Virus record (IMG/VR): IMGVR_UViG_3300045988_081598
Length of the DNA: 34,212 nucleotides
Reading direction: 5' to 3' (one strand)
From: a virus
Shown here piece after piece: positions 29,056-34,212 of this stretch (positions within the stretch are counted from its first letter, which is position 1; each line of letters begins with the position of its first letter). The position numbers and the translations under genes were made by a program. Under the pieces are notes generated by a model. That model was not told where the DNA came from and did not search any database. It saw nothing but the letters and a program-made list of their open reading frames with translations.

Positions 29056-29159
29056 AATTGCAGAAATGTTGCCAAATTAAAATATAAATCATTTGTTTGC
29101 ACAAAATATCATCTGCGTTTTTATGCAAAAGCACTATGACTTTTCGCTTTTCTCAGAAA

Positions 29160-29744
29160 TCAGAACGGCACGCCGTCATCTGTAAGCACGTCCTCAAAAT
29201 CTTCAAGCGAGCCTATGGCGCTGTCAGCCTGCGTATTTGTCTTAGGCGTTGCAAAGCCCGTCTGCTTAGTCGCAAAGCTGTCCGCCGTTGGTGCAGAGGA
29301 TTTGAACTTATGCTTGCATTCAGGATACTTTGTAGGGTTGACAAAATCAATGCATTCCCGCTCCTTGCCGTTCCATTCCTTATGCGTGAGATCTACCCTT
29401 ATGCACTTGTTCAGCAGGTCTGTGCAGTATGCTTTAAGGCTGTCATACTCCTTGCCGTCAGGAAGCTTAGCCGCCTTGCCCATTGCCATAAGCTGAGCAA
29501 AGTTGTAGCCCTCCACCTGCATATCGTTCTCGTTAGGCTCATGCTTTTTCCATATGGTGTGAAACAGGCAGGAGTTGCCGTATTTCTGCCCCTGCACGTC
29601 ATTTCTGATGACGAGAGTGAAGTTAAGACCCACCGAGCCTTTCTTTGTTGTGCGTTCCTCGATAGCAGTTATGATGCACTCGTAAACGCCCTCAGGCTTT
29701 AATCCGTTCTGAAATGCCTCTGATTGATTTGACTTAAATCCCAT
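29160..29744 (-). CDS. DUF669-type single-stranded DNA-binding protein
   Basis: 194 aa with an SSB-like acidic tail ending DDGVPF. RBS GGAGGAAT. Confidence 0.65.
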   Translation of the reverse strand: MGFKSNQSEAFQNGLKPEGVYECIITAIEERTTKKGSVGLNFTLVIRNDVQGQKYGNSCLFHTIWKKHEPNENDMQVEGYNFAQLMAMGKAAKLPDGKEYDSLKAYCTDLLNKCIRVDLTHKEWNGKERECIDFVNPTKYPECKHKFKSSAPTADSFATKQTGFATPKTNTQADSAIGSLEDFEDVLTDDGVPF

Positions 29745-29747
29745 TTT

Positions 29748-30062
29748 TTATTCCTCCGTTAGTAAATTTACTGCGTCCTCTGCTGATCGGCATATGCCTG
29801 CCAATGCTCCGCACTCACGCATTTTTGTTATGAACTTCTTCTGCTCAGGACGAACTCGTCCCGACGTTGTTTTGACTTCGATAAAGACAGCTCTGCCGTC
29901 CTTATGCCTTACGCCGAACAGGTCTGAAAAACCTTTCGGCACTCCTGTGGTGAAATATCTGCCGTCAACTGTTTTCCCCTCGCCCACGTTCACACGAAAG
30001 ACAGTGCAGTAGGGCGATACCGCACAGCGTATCTCGTTTTGTATCCTGTGTTCTTCCGTCAA
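29748..30062 (-). CDS. VRR-NUC domain nuclease
   Basis: GFSDLFGV...AVFIEVKT..G.VRPEQKKF. I prefer the TTG at 30062, which overlaps the helicase stop (TTGA). The track start at 30158 would overlap the helicase by 100 nt. Confidence 0.7.
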   Translation of the reverse strand: MTEEHRIQNEIRCAVSPYCTVFRVNVGEGKTVDGRYFTTGVPKGFSDLFGVRHKDGRAVFIEVKTTSGRVRPEQKKFITKMRECGALAGICRSAEDAVNLLTEE

Positions 30063-31393
30063 CCTATAAGCCCCCTTTGCCTTGCCTGATAATACGCCCA
30101 GCCTGATTTGTAGCCGTGACTTTTCGCATACTGCAAAAGTTCGGGATAGGTATGACAATCGGCAGGGCTTGAAAAATCAAGCTTAAATCCCTCCACCTTT
30201 ACAAGCCCCACGCTGCTGTCAGTTTCAAGCTTTCTCTCGGCTGAGGGGAACTCATATCCGCAATGAGGACAGCATACTTTCACCCCCGCAGGAGGAGCAG
30301 AGAAAGTATAGAAACATTCAGGGCATTGTTTCACCTTGTCGCTCTGCTCCTGCTTTTTATGCTGAGCTTTCGGCTTTTTCTCCAAGCTCCACTCCCTGTC
30401 ATCGTCAGGCATACCAAACCTTGCATAGTTGCCAACGTGGTCGATTATGACGGCTCTTTTATTTGGACGATAACGCATACATCTCATAGCCTGCTGAATG
30501 TAAAGAGTAAGGCTCTTGGTGGGTCGCAGGAGTATGGCACACTCGCAGTCGGGAACGTCAAAGCCCTCCGAGATAAGGTCAACGTTGCACAGCACCGTTA
30601 TATCTCCACTGCGGAAAGCTGAGATAATGCTGTCACGCTCTGCCTTTGGGGTCGAGCCGTCAATGTGTGCCGCCTTTATGCCGTTGCCGTTAAATACCTC
30701 TGCCGTCCGCTGAGAATGTCTGACGGAAGCACAGTAGCAGACCGCTTTTTTGCCATTTGCTAACTGCTTGTAATACTTTATGACATCGCCGAAAACGGTG
30801 TTTTTCACCATAGCTTTCTCTATCTCCGCCGCCATATATTCTCCGTGAGAAACGTGAAGCCCTGTAAGGTCGGCAACGTCAGGAGCATAGTAGTCATAGG
30901 GTGCAAGACAGTTGTTATCAATAAGCCACTTGGTGGATACCCCTATGATAAGCTTGTCGTTCACGTCACCAAGCCCGTCACCGTTAAGGCGGACGGGGGT
31001 CGCAGTAACGCCCACTCTCGGCACGTCTGAAAAGTATTCGTATATGCGTTTGTAGGACTGAGCAAGGCTGTGATGATTTTCGTCAGTTATGATAAGGGCA
31101 GGCTTGGCAAGCTTTTTAAGCCGTCTTGTAATAGTCTGCACCATACCCACCTCGCAGAGCTTCATATCAACGCCCCAGCGGATAAACGTCTTTTTTATCT
31201 GCTCCACAAGCTCACGTCTGTGGACGAGAAACAGCACACGCTTGCCGTTAAAGGTCGTTCGCCTTGCCATTTCAGCAACTATGCAGGACTTTCCTCCACC
31301 GCAGGGCAGGACTATGCAGGGTGCTTTATACCCTGCTCTCCACGCCTTTCTTACCTGTTCCACCAGCTCATTCTGATACGCTCTCAGCTTCAT
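30059..31393 (-). CDS. SF2 DEAD/DExH-box helicase with a C-terminal zinc ribbon
   Basis: Walker A is LPCGGGKS, the DExH box is ITDENHH, and the C-terminus reads CPECFY...CCPHCG. Confidence 0.85.
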   Translation of the reverse strand: MKLRAYQNELVEQVRKAWRAGYKAPCIVLPCGGGKSCIVAEMARRTTFNGKRVLFLVHRRELVEQIKKTFIRWGVDMKLCEVGMVQTITRRLKKLAKPALIITDENHHSLAQSYKRIYEYFSDVPRVGVTATPVRLNGDGLGDVNDKLIIGVSTKWLIDNNCLAPYDYYAPDVADLTGLHVSHGEYMAAEIEKAMVKNTVFGDVIKYYKQLANGKKAVCYCASVRHSQRTAEVFNGNGIKAAHIDGSTPKAERDSIISAFRSGDITVLCNVDLISEGFDVPDCECAILLRPTKSLTLYIQQAMRCMRYRPNKRAVIIDHVGNYARFGMPDDDREWSLEKKPKAQHKKQEQSDKVKQCPECFYTFSAPPAGVKVCCPHCGYEFPSAERKLETDSSVGLVKVEGFKLDFSSPADCHTYPELLQYAKSHGYKSGWAYYQARQRGLIG

Positions 31394-32150
31394 TGGACTT
31401 CGCCGCCTTTACCCTTTTCAGAACGCATTTCATACAAAGCTGTTTGCCGTAATTCTTCATCGAGCCGTCTATTATCTGCTGAACTGTGCGCCTGCCGTCT
31501 GACATTATCGTCTTTCCGCACTCTGAGCAGATATGTTCGTCCGCAAGATGATAGTATGTTCTCAGCGCTTCATCAACAAGTTTCAGATCGTTGCTTATGT
31601 ACATACTGTCAAACAGCCCGATAGGACTTTTGCAGGTGTCAGTGCCGTCCGTCTGAGTGGCGAAAAGATACTTGCCGTCAACCACAACAGTTTTAAGCAC
31701 AGTTGTGAACATACCCTCGACAGTTATCTTTTCGTCAAGCAGCTTGCCGATAGTTTTAGCTTTCTGCCTGCCGTCCTCGCCTGTATCAAGGTGATTGAGA
31801 AAATACACGATAACATCTTCGGGAAGCATTTCAACGCTTCTCACAAGCTCCCAGAAATTCTTTGCAATGTCAGTGAACTTCTGATAGCCCGTTTCCTTTG
31901 CACGGCGCATAAACTCGTTCACCATAAGATACTGACTATCGTCAACGGCTATGGACTTTGCCGTCTGAGCTTTCATAAAGCGTTCTATCTCACCGTAATT
32001 GTCGGTATGTATCGTTGACTTAAACTGTGTGCGGAACGGAAGCTGTTTTCCGTTCACGTTCACAAGAGCAAGTTCGTCCTCTTTGAAATTTCTCAGGGAA
32101 GCAGATTTGCCGCTTCCCGAAAAGCCTAATACAAGTATCGCAAGTCCCAT
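31368..32150 (-). CDS. AAA_24 / Sak4-like ATPase (RecA-like recombination protein) with a C-terminal zinc ribbon
   Basis: Walker A is VLGFSGSGKS, Walker B is IAVDDSQY, and the C-terminus reads CSECG...CMKC. Confidence 0.7.
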   Translation of the reverse strand: MGLAILVLGFSGSGKSASLRNFKEDELALVNVNGKQLPFRTQFKSTIHTDNYGEIERFMKAQTAKSIAVDDSQYLMVNEFMRRAKETGYQKFTDIAKNFWELVRSVEMLPEDVIVYFLNHLDTGEDGRQKAKTIGKLLDEKITVEGMFTTVLKTVVVDGKYLFATQTDGTDTCKSPIGLFDSMYISNDLKLVDEALRTYYHLADEHICSECGKTIMSDGRRTVQQIIDGSMKNYGKQLCMKCVLKRVKAAKSNEAESVSE

Positions 32151-32163
32151 TCTCTTTTCCTCC

Positions 32164-32703
32164 TTATCTTATGGTCAGTCCCGGTCTGCGGACAACTGCC
32201 GCATATGGTATCTTCCTGCCTGCCTCGATAGCCGCCTTGACAGCCGTCTTGCTTATGTCAGGATCTTTGTATTTCAGCAGGCTGTCATCATTGACCTTTG
32301 CCCACTCCACAAAGGCTTTCGGGTCTGTTATCTCGGTGCTTTCCCTGCCCTTTGTAATGCTTATCTTAGCCATAACGCCCTCTATCTTGTTAAGATTTAC
32401 CCTCTGCATACTGTTCATAAGATAAGCTTTAAGGCTCTCTGCCTGCTTGATTTTCTGCTCACGTCTTGCTTTGAGGGCTTTCTCCTCTGCTTCAAGCATT
32501 TTCGCCTCGCTGCCCAGCACCTTAACATAAGCCGCAACGTTCTCCGCCTTGTCCGTAAACTCAGCCTCGACGCATTCAAGTGTATCAAACCACACCTTTT
32601 CAGCCTCAGCCTTTTCCTCTGCCGTAAGCTCGGCATTTTCCGTCATATCCTCAAGGCTGTCAAAAAGCCTCTGAAAATCGTTTGTAAGCTCATAAAGTTT
32701 CAT
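32164..32703 (-). CDS. Siphovirus Gp157-family protein
   Basis: MKLYELTNDFQRLFDSLEDM...coiled coil...; this is the typical Gp157 N-terminus and position upstream of the Sak4-like ATPase. Confidence 0.65.
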   Translation of the reverse strand: MKLYELTNDFQRLFDSLEDMTENAELTAEEKAEAEKVWFDTLECVEAEFTDKAENVAAYVKVLGSEAKMLEAEEKALKARREQKIKQAESLKAYLMNSMQRVNLNKIEGVMAKISITKGRESTEITDPKAFVEWAKVNDDSLLKYKDPDISKTAVKAAIEAGRKIPYAAVVRRPGLTIR

Positions 32704-32705
32704 TT

Positions 32706-33653
32706 TTATACCTCCAGTTTTGAATTGATTATATCCGCAAGCTGTCTTGCTTTCTGTGTGAAAAGTCCGTAATTGTCGCTGTCATTATGCTCGTTCACAA
32801 AGTCCACGAGCCTTGTTACACTGTCAACAGCGGTTGAAAGATAGGCCTTGAATATGGCTTTATCGTCCTGCGTTGGCGTGTTCTCCGCCTTCTCCGCAAG
32901 CTTTTTCTCATACTCCGCCTTAGTTCTGTCAAGCTCCTCACGAAGCTGTGAAAGCTTTTCCTGCTTGTCCTTTTCAGCGTTATCGGCTTTTTGCAAAAGT
33001 TCTCTTCGCTCTCTGAGATTTTCCTCTTCAAGCTGAGAATACCTCTGCGACCAGTCAAGATCAACACGTTTCATAGCGTCCCTGAGGTTTGCCACCTCTT
33101 TGCTGTCCGTTTCCACAGCCACCTCGATAGGACGGCTCTCAAGCTCCTTTATCTCGGCTTCAAGCTGTGTTACCTTATTTTTCATTTCAAGCACCTTTTT
33201 ATCCGCCATAAAGACCTGATGACTTGCCTCTGCATTTGACTCCACGGCTCTGTCACGCTCGTTCTGCAAAATATCTATTTTTGCTTTGAGCTCCTTGACA
33301 GTAGTGCTTTCAAGGTCGATATTTTCGGCAAGCTCTGTTCGTTCTTCATCGGAAAGTGAAGATAGAAGATAGAGCTTTTTTATTCCGATTTGTCTTCCCG
33401 AGGAGACAAATTCAGACGGCAGATTTTCCGCTACTTTTATGTATTTGTAGACATTCTGCCTGTTTATCTGTGTTTCCTGCTCGCAATACTCTCCAAAATC
33501 GGAGTACCCAAGCTCCTTGTAAAGCCTGCTGTCCCTCATTTCCTTAAAGCCCATACACATATCGTAAAGGCTCTGCTGTGCAAGCTGAGCTGAGGTCTTT
33601 ATCCTGCGGTCAAGCTCAGCCGCCTTGATATATTCTGCCGATAGTTCGTTCAT
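32706..33653 (-). CDS. DUF3102-like DNA-binding protein with a long coiled coil
   Basis: FKEMRDSRLYKELGYSDFGEYCEQETQINRQNVYKYIKVAENL, followed by ~200 aa of coiled coil. Confidence 0.55.
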   Translation of the reverse strand: MNELSAEYIKAAELDRRIKTSAQLAQQSLYDMCMGFKEMRDSRLYKELGYSDFGEYCEQETQINRQNVYKYIKVAENLPSEFVSSGRQIGIKKLYLLSSLSDEERTELAENIDLESTTVKELKAKIDILQNERDRAVESNAEASHQVFMADKKVLEMKNKVTQLEAEIKELESRPIEVAVETDSKEVANLRDAMKRVDLDWSQRYSQLEEENLRERRELLQKADNAEKDKQEKLSQLREELDRTKAEYEKKLAEKAENTPTQDDKAIFKAYLSTAVDSVTRLVDFVNEHNDSDNYGLFTQKARQLADIINSKLEV

Positions 33654-34212
33654 GCTGTTTTACGCTCCTTTCGTTTTTCTGCAAATATCCTGTCAAGATA
33701 CTGCTGATATTTCTTTTCAAAGCTCTTTATCTCCGGCGGCTTTGCCTCACCGCCGTTTCGTACCGCGTTGTTCCTATATCCTCTGCACTGCACGATACCG
33801 CCGTATTGGCTCACCTCAACAGTATAGTAAGGCTTGTTAGGCTCAGAAACTTTTCTCAGAAACATTATACTTAGCTTTCCCATAGCATGGCGTTCTGCAT
33901 ATCCGCCCACACAATGGGAAAGTATCCTGCCCTCGTCCTCTATCTCTTTCAAACTGTGTGGCTGTCTGACAAGTAAGCCGTCTGCCGAAAATTCAAGGCA
34001 GACACGCTCTGCAAGCCTTTTCGTGAAGTTCTGCAAAACAAGCTCGTCATGCTCATAGTTGATGATCTGAGTAAGCCTGTTGTGCATTGCCCGGAAATCG
34101 TGTGGCAATGCTATCATTGTATCGTGAATGTTATACTCCAGCATTTCGCACTGCTCCAGATAGTCGCTGTAATCAAGAGGTGTCATTTCCTGCTCGTGTA
34201 TGTATCGTGCCA
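33650..34212 (-). CDS. PcfJ-like protein, C-terminal part. It is the same gene as 1-794, joined through the circular junction
   Basis: PcfJ-type motif EGRILSHCVGGYAERHAMGKLSIMFLRK. The frame stays open upstream of the track ATG (34186) to the window end. Confidence 0.75.
   Translation of the reverse strand, partial: ARYIHEQEMTPLDYSDYLEQCEMLEYNIHDTMIALPHDFRAMHNRLTQIINYEHDELVLQNFTKRLAERVCLEFSADGLLVRQPHSLKEIEDEGRILSHCVGGYAERHAMGKLSIMFLRKVSEPNKPYYTVEVSQYGGIVQCRGYRNNAVRNGGEAKPPEIKSFEKKYQQYLDRIFAEKRKERKTA
34158..34212. repeat. Terminal direct repeat (right copy), identical to 1-55
   Basis: Read directly. Confidence 0.95.

Noticed and set aside
29097-29702. Long plus-strand ORFs antisense to minus-strand genes (29097-29702, 31070-31624, 31999-32772, 900-1376, 7127-7624, 13600-14019 and others)
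   Set aside because: Each lies entirely inside a well-supported opposite-strand gene and lacks an SD sequence. Their compositions are Leu/Ser/Cys/Arg-rich and typical of shadow frames.

Overview
The window is a complete, circularly closed temperate siphovirus-type phage or prophage genome. Bases 1-55 are identical to 34158-34212, leaving about 34,157 unique bp, and one gene reads through that junction. Sequence features (lipoprotein signal peptide, GGAGG-type ribosome-binding sites (RBS), CHAP endolysin, ImmR/ImmA-type immunity) suggest a low-GC Gram-positive, probably Clostridia-like, host; that assignment is inference. Only the lysogeny module is on the + strand (4046-6929): XRE repressor, ImmA/IrrE-like metalloprotease, a Thr-rich lipoprotein moron and a tyrosine integrase, followed by a putative attP. 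Everything else is on the - strand. An early operon starts at a Cro-like gene (3648) and runs leftwards through a PAPS-reductase-like gene, small membrane proteins and a PcfK/AcrIIA9-like + PcfJ-like pair. It then crosses the circular junction into a replication/recombination module: DUF3102, Gp157, Sak4-like ATPase, DExH helicase, VRR-NUC, DUF669 SSB and a prim-pol/D5 primase-helicase. A late block follows: DUF1492/ArpU-like regulator, DUF4417, HNH, portal, MuF, TerL, scaffold, capsid, neck, tail, tape measure protein (TMP), Dit, Tal, fibre, holin and endolysin. The points most worth follow-up are listed here. (1) The immunity switch carries three perfect TTGACA-17-TATAAT promoters, each with a 16-bp operator in its spacer, face-to-face geometry, and a diverged ~200-bp tandem duplication with a truncated repressor mini-ORF. 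(2) A 2+2 inverted iteron set around an AT-rich core sits next to the primase-helicase and is a candidate ori. (3) The MuF head protein has a C-terminal HExxH domain followed by a small zinc-ribbon gene, a candidate MuF polymorphic toxin/immunity pair. (4) A structured leader plus several intrinsic terminators punctuate the late operon. (5) TerL appears to start at AUU. No tRNA, CRISPR array, transposase or reverse transcriptase was seen. All family assignments come from motif recognition by eye, not from database searches.
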